Positions 1-11,647 of a stretch of DNA of 64,000 bases are shown one piece after another. Under the pieces are notes generated by a model. The model was not told the origin of the DNA, made no database searches, and was given only the letters and a program-made list of their open reading frames with translations. Position 1 is the first letter of the stretch. Every line of letters begins with the position of its first letter. The position numbers and the translations under genes are program-made. The stretch is from Nemertoderma westbladi (taxonomy: Eukaryota > Animalia > Xenacoelomorpha), in the NCBI GenBank assembly GCA_032718475.1, contig JAUCBJ010007649.1, forward strand, positions 1 to 64,000, in the 5' to 3' direction.

Positions 1-279
1 GTGATTAAACCCGTGGCGCGTATTGCCCTTCGACGGGGGGTTCCATTGGCCAAAAGAGCTGGGAGGAAAATTCTTAAACAAGCAATACGAAAGGGGGTTC
101 CCCAATTAAAAAAAACGGGGAAGAAATTAATAAATCAGGCTTTAGCGCGTTCTAAACCGTCGACCAGGGAAGTAGCAAACAAAATTATGGAGGAAGTTTT
201 AAATAGTGAACAGAAGCAGTCAATAAACGGACAACGTAAAAAAAGGAAACGACGGATTTGTCGCGATATTTTTAGCTAG
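1..279 (+). CDS. Basic Polinton core-like (putative DNA-condensing) protein, 5'-partial
   Basis: K/R-rich, ends KKRKRRICRDIFS, lies 12 bp upstream of the capsid gene; frame open at the window edge so the true start is probably upstream. Confidence 0.7.
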   Translation: MIKPVARIALRRGVPLAKRAGRKILKQAIRKGVPQLKKTGKKLINQALARSKPSTREVANKIMEEVLNSEQKQSINGQRKKRKRRICRDIFS

Positions 280-291
280 TTAATCGGCAAA

Positions 292-1545
292 ATGGAGGAT
301 TTTGTTAATGAGGAACTTAATCTATTTAGTAGTATCGATTCACAGGATGCGATAGAAGAATGTTTTGAGCATGACGTTTTCCCAATTACAACGCTTGGGG
401 AGGGTACTTCAATAATTGATTTTTCAATTGAGAGGTCGGAAGATCATTATACTGTAGCCCAAGAAACAATTTTAGAATTAGTATATCGAGTTGTAACAAC
501 GGCGCGCCCAAACAATGCCGCGATACATCAAACGCCGCTAAGTCTCGCAACACTCTTCTCTAATATTAGTGTTTTGATTAATGAGCGTGAAATAGAGAGT
601 AATACCTCAAATTATGCATATAAAGCGTTTTTGAATAGTGTATTATTGAATGATACTGTTACCAAATCAACAATATTAGCTGCCGCGGGTTACGGCGAGC
701 AAGATGAGGCGGGTCTCCCGGTGGAATTTGCAGCAGCGGAAGATTTACAAAGCAGACAATATCATGTTCAGGGTAGACTTTATATTGATCTTTTCAACCA
801 AGTACGATTTTTACCTCCAAAAACCAGTATAAAAATAAGGTTGACTAGGGCAGTTAATGAATTTAATCTAGTGTGCCCGGCTAATGTGGTTAGACCTCAT
901 ATACTAATATCAAATGCTAAACTGAAAATAAAACGAGCGAAACTAGATTCCCATTTACGTGAGCAACACGCTACTCAACTCAAAATCAGCGATTTCGTTT
1001 ATCCTATTATTCAGAATGAAGTGACCTCGTTTACTATTGCTAATGGGCAGCGTTCGATTGTTAGAGAAAATTTATTTACCAATAAGAACCTTCCCCGTTT
1101 TGTAGTTATTGCCCTCGTTCGCAATGACACCTATAATGGTAACTTATTAAGAAATTCGTTAATGTTTGAGCATTTCCATTGTAATTACCTACAGTTGACA
1201 CTAGATGGCAAAGTTCTCGGAGGAATAACCTATAAGCCTAATTTTAATAGTGGAGAGTTTATCAATGAATATTGCGCCCTCCAAAATAATTTATTATCGA
1301 TAACACGTGGTACGAGTAATGGGATAACACCAAATCAGTTTCGAGATCGTTATCCTTTCTTTATCTGGAATCTTTCGCCTAGTGGTCATCTGGATGATGA
1401 TGAAAGACCAATGCATCGTTTTGGGAATGCGAGGCTTGAAATTTCATTTGGTCATGCATTAGGAGCTACAATAAATGTTATAATGTGGGCAGCATACGAT
1501 AGAACGATAAATATTAGTGAAAGTGGGGCAGTATCAATATTCTAG
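292..1545 (+). CDS. Polinton major capsid protein (double jelly-roll)
   Basis: 417 aa intact ORF; EELNLFS, NYAYKAFL, GRLYIDLFNQ..FLP, LPRFVVIALV, FEHF and GNARLEI.F motifs resemble Maverick capsid proteins. Confidence 0.88.
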   Translation: MEDFVNEELNLFSSIDSQDAIEECFEHDVFPITTLGEGTSIIDFSIERSEDHYTVAQETILELVYRVVTTARPNNAAIHQTPLSLATLFSNISVLINEREIESNTSNYAYKAFLNSVLLNDTVTKSTILAAAGYGEQDEAGLPVEFAAAEDLQSRQYHVQGRLYIDLFNQVRFLPPKTSIKIRLTRAVNEFNLVCPANVVRPHILISNAKLKIKRAKLDSHLREQHATQLKISDFVYPIIQNEVTSFTIANGQRSIVRENLFTNKNLPRFVVIALVRNDTYNGNLLRNSLMFEHFHCNYLQLTLDGKVLGGITYKPNFNSGEFINEYCALQNNLLSITRGTSNGITPNQFRDRYPFFIWNLSPSGHLDDDERPMHRFGNARLEISFGHALGATINVIMWAAYDRTINISESGAVSIF

Positions 1546-1593
1546 AATAATTTGAAAGAGTGAAGCAAACAAGTGTAAATCAATTTCTAGAAA

Positions 1594-2013
1594 ATGTTAA
1601 ACTCTAACGATTTAAACAATTTCCCCTTAGGGGAACATTATCAGGGGTCTTTTCCTATAAATCGCCTACCCAATAAGCAGAATAAAAAAATGAGTTTCAT
1701 ATCAAATACTCAAGCGGCTCATTTACCCGGGATGCATTGGGTTGCAATTTTCGTAGACTGTGACCGTGGTGAATATTTTGATTCATTCGCGCGATATCCA
1801 CCCCCGCAAATCGAGGACTGGTTGCTACGTAATACTAAAAAGTGGTTTAGAACGAGGCAGATTGTTCAACACCCGCTGCGAACTAGTTGTGGGGGTTATT
1901 GTTTATTTTATTTATACGAAAGAGGAAAAACTTCTACTCCATTAAATTTTTTTGGGGAAGATTTAAATAAAAATGAGAGACTGCTCGCCTGCTGGTTGAA
2001 GGAAAAAATCTAA
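1594..2013 (+). CDS. Adenain-like cysteine maturation protease
   Basis: NT....PGMHWVAIF (His), EYFDSF (Asp) and Q......CGGYCLFYL (Gln/Cys) catalytic motifs. Confidence 0.92.
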   Translation: MLNSNDLNNFPLGEHYQGSFPINRLPNKQNKKMSFISNTQAAHLPGMHWVAIFVDCDRGEYFDSFARYPPPQIEDWLLRNTKKWFRTRQIVQHPLRTSCGGYCLFYLYERGKTSTPLNFFGEDLNKNERLLACWLKEKI

Positions 2014-3024
2014 ACTTTAATTTTTATAAATTATATTATATTATGTGTTACTTGTTAAGTGTTTTATGTTCATTATTGAGTGTGTTATATATCATAAATG
2101 TTATAATGTATTATCGTAGAGAAAAAAATGAAAAATAACCGGTTAAACATCTTATATTTTTAAACAATATGGGGAAACAAGAATAAATAATTTACCAACA
2201 ACATCAATATTAAATAATATAACAACAACGGATAAATAATTTACCATCAACATTAATAATAAATAATATAAGAACATCAACAATAACAAAAGATATAGTC
2301 AGAACAGTTTTTATTAAATAGAGACTGTTTATATTAATAGGGTTGCTGGTCTCCGCGAGTAACGCTTGGTTTAACCCTTTTTCAGGAGAAAGATGCCTTC
2401 TCTGAGAGAACGTTTTAGTAAATAGGTCTGGTGCAAAGGAAAGGGATTAGTAGAGAGGAATGCGTGTTTAGAGGCGCTTCATTGTTATGATACGGGCTGC
2501 CTGGATATAGGAAAGGGACAAAGCGACGCCGGCTATAGTGAGAACAAAGGAGGGCCGCTAGAGCATTAGCCTTGGGCGATATAGGGATTTGCTGTAGTCA
2601 AGGCCGCATGGGATTATTAGTGAGTCATCGAGGGGGCTGCTAACAGACGGGACCGCTCATTTATATTTGCCTTGGGGGTATACGTGTAGATTCACTGCCT
2701 GTTGTATCTAGTTAATGAATAATGAGGACAGAGGAGGGGCCCCCCGCCGATGAACGCAGTTGATAGTTGCCAGTAGGGAGCCGTATACCATAGCCATTAT
2801 AAAGTTAAAAATAGATATTATGTCATAGTGATCTCGTTGGTAATATAAAAACTAATTAATCTAAAAATAGAAATCAATGTATAAAGTAAAAGTTAATACA
2901 ATTAATTAATTTAAAATAAAGTACAAATGAATAATTAATTTAAAATTAAATACGAATAAATAAAGTAAAATACAAATAATTAATTAAAATTAAATATAAA
3001 TAAATAGGTATTAATGAATAAAAG

Positions 3025-3364
3025 AGCTGCGGTGTCACTTATGACACCCTCTTGCGCCTCTCTGCGACAGTTGGACATCACTGATGACCCATTGTGTGTC
3101 AGGGCGCTAATCAGTCTGATTAATTAGGATAATCAATTAAACCCTAATTAGGAGTCATTGACACCTGTTAGGGTTTAATTGTACTAATTAATTGATGACA
3201 CCTGTCAATTAGGGTCTAATTAGCCTAATTGGGAGGTGTCACCCAGACAGTCTGGCGCCAATGACACCCAATGACACCCATAGGGTGATAATTGGGTGTC
3301 ATATGACACCCAATGGGTGTCAGTGAGGTCTAACTGTCACAGAGCCGCCCAAGACCCTACTACT
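3025..3364. repeat. Polinton right terminal region (probable TIR)
   Basis: Clustered GACACCC/GGGTGTC and CTAATTAG palindromic motifs, ending CCCTACTACT; inner boundary approximate. Confidence 0.7.
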
Positions 3365-4194
3365 CTTATACTAATCACAACTAGATGGCCACAGAGTTTC
3401 GTAAATAGCGCATTCTTTAGGAGATGCTTTATTAATATTCACACTACTTCACACTACTTCGCACTAATCTGCCGACCGTCACTGAATTTGATCATATATA
3501 AGGAGGATCGCAACTGACACACGTAGGGATTATCAAATAGCATTTAATTCACACAAAACCAATATAATTTAAGTTGCTGTTGCTACCGGTAAACCTGTTC
3601 CTCTTACCTCAGTAATCAAGAAGATTGGGGGTTTTATGATTATTTATCGGTATTCTCCAAATATAACAGCAATATCCATTAATATAACAACAATTAATAA
3701 CATGAGTAAAATAATGCGGTGAACAGTCAGTATGTGTTACTTATGCAGTTATGAAATGTTCAGTGCTGCGTCAAATAAGATGAAATGAGTGTTCAATGAG
3801 TGTTTCCAGTTAATAGATTTATGTTCTTATAATCAAGGCCATCTGATGTTCCTAGGCCAAAGTCTGAAACTTCCACACAGAAGCACAGAAAAATTCCGAG
3901 CTGGCTCTAATGCTCAGAAAATAGTAAACAAAGACCGTAATGCATTGCGTGAGTTTCCATAGGCCCCTGTTAGACATAAAGTGAAAATCGCTGAATGAGG
4001 CAGAACAAAGAAACTCCACGTCCACAAAGAATCAGCTGACAGATTTCGCCATCTGGGTTCCAATTCCTTACCGTCACGTAGTTGGACAAATTTAGGGCTA
4101 TTTTAGAGTATTCTGCGCATTGCGTAAAAATGACTTGTTATGTCCGCAAAAGCTTTTACAGTCAATCAAAGTCGAGTTAATGGCGCAATATGAC

Positions 4195-4303
4195 CATAGA
4201 CACAAAATAAATTTTAGTGGGTTTGAAAAGTTAATTTAATTTTATTAAAAACATAAAGGGAAAGGAGCAGGTTACAGAGGCGGTGTTTTCTAACCAAACC
4301 AAT
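4195..4303 (+). repeat. Dispersed short repeat family (AAAGGAGCAGGTTACAG core)
   Basis: Similar segments at about 14905-14965 (+), 25196-25240 (-) and 30805-30912 (+). Confidence 0.55.
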
Positions 4304-4309
4304 AAACTA

Positions 4310-7158
4310 GGCTGGAAATTATTGAGGTTCAGAATAAGGACATGGGAGGCGGTTGGCGACTCGCCCGCGCGTCAGCAGATGATAGTGGCAATGGTGGTAT
4401 TGGTCTATTGATGAATCCAACTGCACATGCAGCATTGGACAAAATAGACCAAATCTCTAACCGCATCATCCGTTGCCACTTCTCATGTTCTGGAAGACTG
4501 GTTAAGAAGTTTCCTAAGGTGGTTCTGATTGTGTGCTACTCTCCAACTAGTGTTGCCCCTGTAGAGGAGGTGGAAAATTTCTACCACAATCTACAAACAG
4601 CTACTGATGGAGTGGATCAGCATGCATTCTTAACATTCCTGGGAGACTTTAATGCAAGTCTGCATCAATCAACTACATCGCCCTGGGTCTATAGCAATAG
4701 TGTCAACCGAAATTCCGTCCATCTTCAGGATTTTATCTCTGGAAATGGATTATTTTCGGCTGGAACCCAGTTCAAGAAGCGAACTGGAAAGCTATGGACT
4801 CATAGTTGACCCAGTGGTCACAAGTCCCAGATAGACCATATTCTGTTTCGTAGGAAGTACAGGAGCTCTATACAAGACTGTAATGCATTTACACTTCGAC
4901 CCTTCTCCAGTGATCACCGCCTTATTGTGGCCAAGGTAAGACTTAGTCTGCGTGCTATCAGAACAACGAAATCTGCCTTGCCGCGGCATGACTGGTCCTC
5001 TCTGTTGCAACAGCCAAGTGTGATCCAGCTTCACACTACAGCTGAGCAACAGGTATGAGGTTCTTGCCTCTGAGGCGGCAGATCACTGTGAGGGCTATAC
5101 TGCCTTCACAGAAGCAGTTAAGTTAGCAGCTGCAGAAACAGTTCCTGTATACCCTCGAAACAGGAAAAGGGCCCCCTGGACTGACAACAAAATCCAGAAG
5201 TGCCGAAATGACCTATATAAAGCGCAGAAAGAGTCCCGACTCAAACAGACTACAGCGGCCAAGAATAGTTAAGGCTGCATCTACTGTAGGTCCCTGAACA
5301 GGCAGTACTCTGTTAATCTACAGGAGCTAATAAACCAACAGGTTGATGCCATCAATGATGCTGACGACAGCAGGCAATCATCCCAGGCATGGAAATCAAT
5401 CAACTTGCTTACTGGGCGGAAAAGCCAACCAACCACCAAGGTTAAGGCTGAATCACCAGCCGATCGCCTCAATGGTTGGAAGGCCCACTTTGAAAAGCTC
5501 CTCAATAATGACAGGGTATTGCCTGATAACTTTATAGAAGTAAAAGTGTCTGAGTCTGTACTCCCAGATATTCCCATTGGCGATATCTCCTTTGCAGAAG
5601 TGAAGGCTGCTGCAAAGAGCATTAAGACCAATCGTGCCAGTGGAGTAGATGGTGTTCCCCCTGAGGTCTTTAAAATACCTGAGTGTTTAAAGCTCATCTA
5701 TCCCATCATAGTAGACCTGTACCGAACAACAAGAGTCCCACAAGAAATGAAAACAAATACGTTGGTGCCAGTTACCAAGAAGGGCAACCTAACACTCTAT
5801 GGTTCTTTTCGGGGAATCGCATTGATCTGGATTGCTGCAAAGCTATACAATAGAATTCTATTAAATCGCATCAGGGATCCCATTGAGAGACTGCTCCGTG
5901 GAAATCAGAATGGGTTCCGTAAAGGTCGTGGGACCATGGAACCCATTTTGGCACTTAGAAGGATAATTTAAGAGTTATCAAAAAAGAAAGACAGGCATCT
6001 GGCTGTTATCTTTGTTGACTTCTTCAAGGCCTTTGATTCAGTTTCCCGCTCACGTATGTTCAGCATACTTTCATTATATGGGATTCCTGATGAAATTATT
6101 GCAGCAATCAGATCAGTATACGATGGTTCGACAACATTTGTGTCTACTGTTGATGGTGACACAGAACCATTAGAAGTGTTATGGGGCGTCCTCCAGGGAG
6201 ACACACTTGCGCCATTCTTGTTCATAATTGTGGTTGACTACGTTCTACGCATGTCCTTAGATCATCATAATGATGATGGGGTGATGATAACTCCACCTAC
6301 TGGCTCCAGAAGTCGAGGAAATCCTGCCAAGTACCTAACTGATCTAGACTTTGCTGATGACTTAGGAGTACTCTCAGAATCACTAGAGGGAGCCCAACGG
6401 CTCCTCAGCTCATTAGAACATGCTGCTTCTAGTGTTGGTCTTTTTATTAACTCCAGAAAGACCAAAATTTTGACAGTTAACTTTGAAAGTTCTCAGCAAG
6501 TCCCTGATCGGATGAGCATAAGCTCAAAGGATGGTATGCTTGAGCATGTGGACGATTTCTGTTGCTTGGGATCATGGATCCGGAAGTCAGGTGAGGGAGG
6601 ACCTTCGAATACGTAAGGGAAAGGCATGGGCAGCCTTGAATAGGCTTTCCAGGATTTGGAAGGATTCACCGAGAATTAATCGGTAACTTAAGGTCCGATT
6701 ATTTAGAGCAGCAGTAGTTCCAGTACTCCTCTATGGGAGTCCATGCTGGGCTCTAACTGCTAAGGACACCCAAATCTCTGGATGGCACATTCACAAGAAT
6801 GCTACGCCGGGTTCATTGTGTCAAGTACAATGCACACATCTCCAACCAGACACTATATAACATTGGAGGTGTCTCATTGGTTCCCCCAAGCTTGACACTA
6901 GAACAAAGTCGCCTCCGCTTTGCAGGACATTGCTTTCGCCGTGAGGACCAGCCAATGCATAATCTTGTACTTTGGCAGCCTCATGGAGTGAATAAGCATG
7001 GTGGACAGCCCATGACTTTCCTGAGACGCATCTTAAAGGACACTGGCCTTGAAGATGCGGATGATCTAGCAAATGTCATGGGTGATAGGGAGTTGTGGCG
7101 GCGCAATTTTGTCAACAAGCCGGCACAGCATTCTTAAATGCCGATACTAGTAGTAGTA
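4310..7158 (+). mobile_element. RTE-like non-LTR retrotransposon, 5'-truncated and decayed (APE endonuclease + RT)
   Basis: APE motifs GGIGLLM, YSPT, GDFNA; RT motifs QNGFRKGRGT, GVLQGDTLAPFLF, LDFADD; stops and frameshifts split the ORF; (TAG)3 tail at 7148-7156. Confidence 0.9.
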
Positions 7159-7801
7159 TAAATTATTTCACTTGTGGTGTTGTCAATTTGTGCTCTTAAG
7201 ATCTATCTGTCTGACTATCAGTCTTTCTCAAAGTAGTTTAATGCAATTTGTTCTTTATTGTACACGTTAGGTTTAGACCTGGTGCATGAAATGGGCTTAG
7301 ATGTTAGAAGATCAACAGATCAAAGATACAGTATGTCCTGTAAAGTCTATGTTGTATGTCTATGTCTCTGTTGTAGTACTGTCCTGTGAGTTAGAGTACA
7401 TACTATACTGTACTGTACAGTAGATACTAGTAATTTTTATAATGAAAACTGCAAACTATAATTGTACCTTCCCGGATTGTATTAATAGTCAGATAGTTAC
7501 TCAACGAAATATAACCTATATACACATTGCAAGCGAAAACATGGGAGCATTAATCTGTTAATGAGACGATTAAAAAGGTGGTGGAATATAATTTATGCGA
7601 TAAAAAGTACCGGCAGCAGCAACCTCTCAACCTCTGCGTTAGACACAAACAAAAAATGCATATATAGATAACCGACAGCGACACTAAACCATTTCCCTGT
7701 AAAGCAACTGATTGCACTACATAACATACTCAAATTTATAGATAGGATTTAGATTTTAGATTTAGATTTAGATTTATATATAACACTAGCAGTTTAATTA
7801 A

Positions 7802-7856
7802 CTGTAGGCCAAGGACAACTTTACTACAGTAAAGTAAATTTGTCCTTGCTGTAGGC
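7802..7856. mobile_element. Transposon excision footprint: two 16-bp TIR stubs with 7-bp filler and 8-bp TSD
   Basis: CTGTAGGC | CAAGGACAACTTTACT | ACAGTAA | AGTAAATTTGTCCTTG | CTGTAGGC; stubs are inverted with one mismatch. Confidence 0.7.
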
Positions 7857-8395
7857 CTAGTTCAGTAATACATTAATTACTTTGGAATAATGGTATCCTG
7901 AACTTTTTCAAGTTAGCAATATTCCATTCTCTTTGACTCTGTGTTAAAACAGGATTAACGTGATTGGTTGCTACTTAGTAGCAGCTTTCTCCAACCACAT
8001 CACTTGTTTTATACAATATAGAGATGGTACTGTTACTGTAATGATAGGCCTACAGCACAGAGACACCACCGTTGACTTTACAATAATCTCATACCTCATC
8101 TGGACCAATCAGGAAACAGTATTCGCCTACTGTATGCGTATGTCAAATCGCTCAATGTAGGCCTAATGTATAGATACGTGGATATGTACGACATGGAAAA
8201 GTGGAAAAGTTTAACGCGAATATTTCCACTCGCGTTAAATTTTGACCTCTATTTGAAATTTTACAATACCGTAGGCCTAAAGATGATCGAGTCAGACTTT
8301 ACCGTTTACATGTATGTGTATAGCGATACTCAGATACTAGGCTAATTAAATCAATTTACAATACTGCAATACAAAATTGAATTAGTCCAAAGTCA

Positions 8396-9286
8396 GTGAC
8401 AATGAGTGTTGGGTTTATTGGAGCAGGACGTATTGCCCTGGCAATGAGTCGGGGCTTCCTTAAGACTGGTCTCGTAAAACCCAACCGAATAACTGCAAGC
8501 GCCCCTAGAGGGCGCGGTAACGCCATCAGGGACTTCCAGAAACTCGGCGCCAACACCACTACAGACAACCGACAGTGTGTGCGTGCCAGCGACATAGTCT
8601 TTATATCGGTGAAAGCCAACCTGGTACCCACAGTGCTGGAGGAAATACACCCGGTTGTTGATAAATCCAAACTGTTTATAAGTGTCGCCGCTGGTGTTAC
8701 AATAGATGGTATACAATTGAGTTTACCACCAGAATCGCGGATTATTCGCGCAATGACTAACACCCCGTGCGCTGTAGGTACGGCTGCGACTGCGTTCAGT
8801 GCGGGTAACCACGCAACCGCTAGCGATAGTCGTGTAGCTATGGAGTTACTAAGCAGCTTCGGGTATTGCGTCCAATTAGACGAGTCTATGTTGGATGCTG
8901 TGTGCGGATTGGCTGGCAGCGGACCGGCGTACGCCTACGTGTTTATAGAAGCGTTGGCGGACGGCGGGGTCAGGATGGGTTTACCGAGGGGGTTATCGAT
9001 GCGTCTCGCGTGCGAAGTTGTGTTCGGGGCCGCTCGGATGGTGCTAGAGACAGGAGACCATCCGAGTCAACTGAAGGACAACGTTAGCAGCCCCGGGGGG
9101 TCTACTATCTGTGCGTTACACGGGTTGGACGCCAGTGGGTTCCGAGGGTTGGTTATAGACGCCGTTAGGGACGCGACAATGCGGACAACGGAACTTAGCG
9201 AACTCGCTAACCAAGGAATCGGGGTTAAACAGCGTCAAACTTTACTGCATAATGGTTCGTCTACTGCGGGTAATGGCCAATCATAG
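8396..9286 (+). CDS. PYCR: Pyrroline-5-carboxylate reductase, single exon (likely ATG at 8402)
   Basis: GFIGAG Rossmann motif, ISVAAGV, RAMTNTP, GLAGSGPAYAY, EALADGGVRMGLPR, LKDNVSSPGGSTI. Confidence 0.96.
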   Translation: MTMSVGFIGAGRIALAMSRGFLKTGLVKPNRITASAPRGRGNAIRDFQKLGANTTTDNRQCVRASDIVFISVKANLVPTVLEEIHPVVDKSKLFISVAAGVTIDGIQLSLPPESRIIRAMTNTPCAVGTAATAFSAGNHATASDSRVAMELLSSFGYCVQLDESMLDAVCGLAGSGPAYAYVFIEALADGGVRMGLPRGLSMRLACEVVFGAARMVLETGDHPSQLKDNVSSPGGSTICALHGLDASGFRGLVIDAVRDATMRTTELSELANQGIGVKQRQTLLHNGSSTAGNGQS

Positions 9287-9584
9287 CTATCCGTCTGTGC
9301 AGGATCTCAATGCAGGATCATGTCATCATATGGCCTAGGTTATTTCTATGTTTGGGTTTTATGCGTTTAAACGGGATCAGACTTTACTGGATTTCCGAGA
9401 TCGGGATATTCAAGTGGCAGTTAAAGTTTGAATTTGGTTTACTAACATATTAATTCAATATTGCCAAATCAACTTTAGTTTGGAAATTTGAATTATTCGA
9501 CAAATTTACTTAACTCTTTTGGATCCCGGTTTCTAACAACTCGAGAATTACCTTAGAATAATAGTTTCAGTTTGGGCTACAGTT

Positions 9585-10845
9585 CTACTTAGTTAACAAT
9601 TACTACGACCAGTCTTTCTCTCTACTTAATTAACAATTACTACGACCAGTCTTTCTCTCTACTTAGTTAACAATTACTACGACCAGTCTTTCTCTCTACT
9701 TAGTTAACAATTACTACGACCAGTCTTTCTCTCTACTTAATTAACAATTACTACGACCAGTCTTTCTCTCTACTTAATTAACAATTACTACGACCAGTCT
9801 TTCTCTCTACTTAGTTAACAATTACTACGACCAGTCTTTCTCTCTACTTAATTAACAATTACTACGACCAGTCTTTCTCTCTACTTAGTTAACAATTACT
9901 ACGACCAGTCTTTCTCTCTACTTAGTTAACAATTACTACGACCGGTCTTTCTCTCTACTTAATTAACAATTACTACGACCAGTCTTTCTCTCTACTTAGT
10001 TAACAATTACTACGACCAGTCTTTCTCTCTACTTAGTTAACAATTACTACGACCAGTCTTTCTCTCTACTTAGTTAACAATTACTACGACCAGTCTTTCT
10101 CTCTACTTAATTAACAATTACTACGACCAGTCTTTCTCTCTACTTAGTTAACAATTACTACGACCAGTCTTTCTCTCTACTTAGTTAACAATTACTACGA
10201 CCAGTCTTTCTCTCTACTTAATTAACAATTACTACGACCAGTCTTTCTCTCTACTTAGTTAACAATTACTACGACCAGTCTTTCTCTCTACTTAGTTAAC
10301 AATTACTACGACCAGTCTTTCTCTCTACTTAATTAACAATTACTACGACCAGTCTTTCTCTCTACTTAATTAACAATTACTACGACCAGTCTTTCTCTCT
10401 ACTTAGTTAACAATTACTACGACCAGTCTTTCTCTCTACTTAGTTAACAATTACTACGACCAGTCTTTCTCTCTAAGTTAACAATTACTACGACCAGTCT
10501 TTCTCTCTACTTAATTAACAATTACTACGACCAGTCTTTCTCTCTACTTAGTTAACAATTACTACGACCAGTCTTTCTCTCTACTTAGTTAACAATTACT
10601 ACGACCAGTCTTTCTCTCTACTTAGTTAACAATTACTACGACCAGTCTTTCTCTCTACTTAATTAACAATTACTACGACCAGTCTTTCTCTCTACTTAAT
10701 TAACAATTACTACGACCAGTCTTTCTCTCTACTTAGTTAACAATTACTGCGACCAGTCTTTCTCTCTACTTAGTTAACAATTACTACGACCAGTCTTTCT
10801 CTCTAAGTTAACAATTACTACAGCCAGTCTTTCTCTCTACTTAGT
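9585..10845. repeat. 37-bp tandem minisatellite, about 34 copies
   Basis: Unit CTTA(G/A)TTAACAATTACTACGACCAGTCTTTCTCTCTA; period 37. Confidence 0.97.
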
Positions 10846-11392
10846 ATTTACAATTTTACAAATAATATTCATATGTAATCGATTATTATGTGTCGCATTA
10901 ATTTATGTTTTACAATCTGTCGTTAAACTTTTAGTGTTTGTGGGGCGAGCCACATATGTTGCTTTCGAGTTTTATAGCGGTGGATATTATTATTTATTTA
11001 TTAGAAACACAGGTATATTTTCTATTTATACAATAATTATTTATTATGTGTATATATATATACGTATATATATATACTACGTCTGTATAGGGTAAGATAC
11101 TGTATAATTTGAAATTATTAATATTAGACCTATGCTTCATAATAATATGTTTCATCAACATTTTCCAATTCTGAGCGGGTTTGAACTATTGGTTTTATTC
11201 TATTTGCGGTAGGGCCTGAAAGCGGGTAATTTTTCCGTCAACCGGTTGACCATTTATAATTAACCGGTTAACCGGTTATAAAGTAAAAATGTTTTTTTAG
11301 GTTGAAAAAGAAGTATGAATTAGGCCTACCTAGACCTGCAACCTTTGGTGCAACATACATACTACTGTATGAAACTGAAAGTTTTATCGCTA

Positions 11393-11469
11393 ACAGTCCC
11401 CAAAATTAAACTACAGTACCGGTATGTAATATACATACCGGTACTGTAGGGTATAATTTTGGGGACTGT
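11393..11469. repeat. 77-bp near-perfect palindrome
   Basis: ACAGTCCCCAAAATTA..CTACAGTACCGGTATGTA pairs with TACATACCGGTACTGTAG....TAATTTTGGGGACTGT. Confidence 0.85.
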
Positions 11470-11647
11470 CTTTGGGAACCTCTCAGCTTAGCTTACATAA
11501 TAAATATACATTCTATGTATATTTATTATGTAAGCGTCCGTTCCTACTTGCAATACTGTTAAGTGCCTCCATTGCTCTATTGTGATAGAGCCACCAGTAC
11601 TATCACTATGGTGTATTATACTGTGCTGTAGTCCTACAGCTGCATAC

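Larger units (their letters stand above)
1..3364 (+). mobile_element. Polinton/Maverick (adintovirus-like endogenous virus), right-hand part; left part outside window
   Basis: Core-like protein, major capsid and adenain ORFs in series, then a repeat-rich terminal region ending in ACTACT (3359-3364), the reverse complement of the AGTAGT Polinton terminus. Confidence 0.9.

Noticed and set aside
9585-10845. 37-bp and 40-bp arrays as CRISPR repeats
   Set aside because: Units are head-to-tail with no unique spacers, no cas genes, eukaryotic context.
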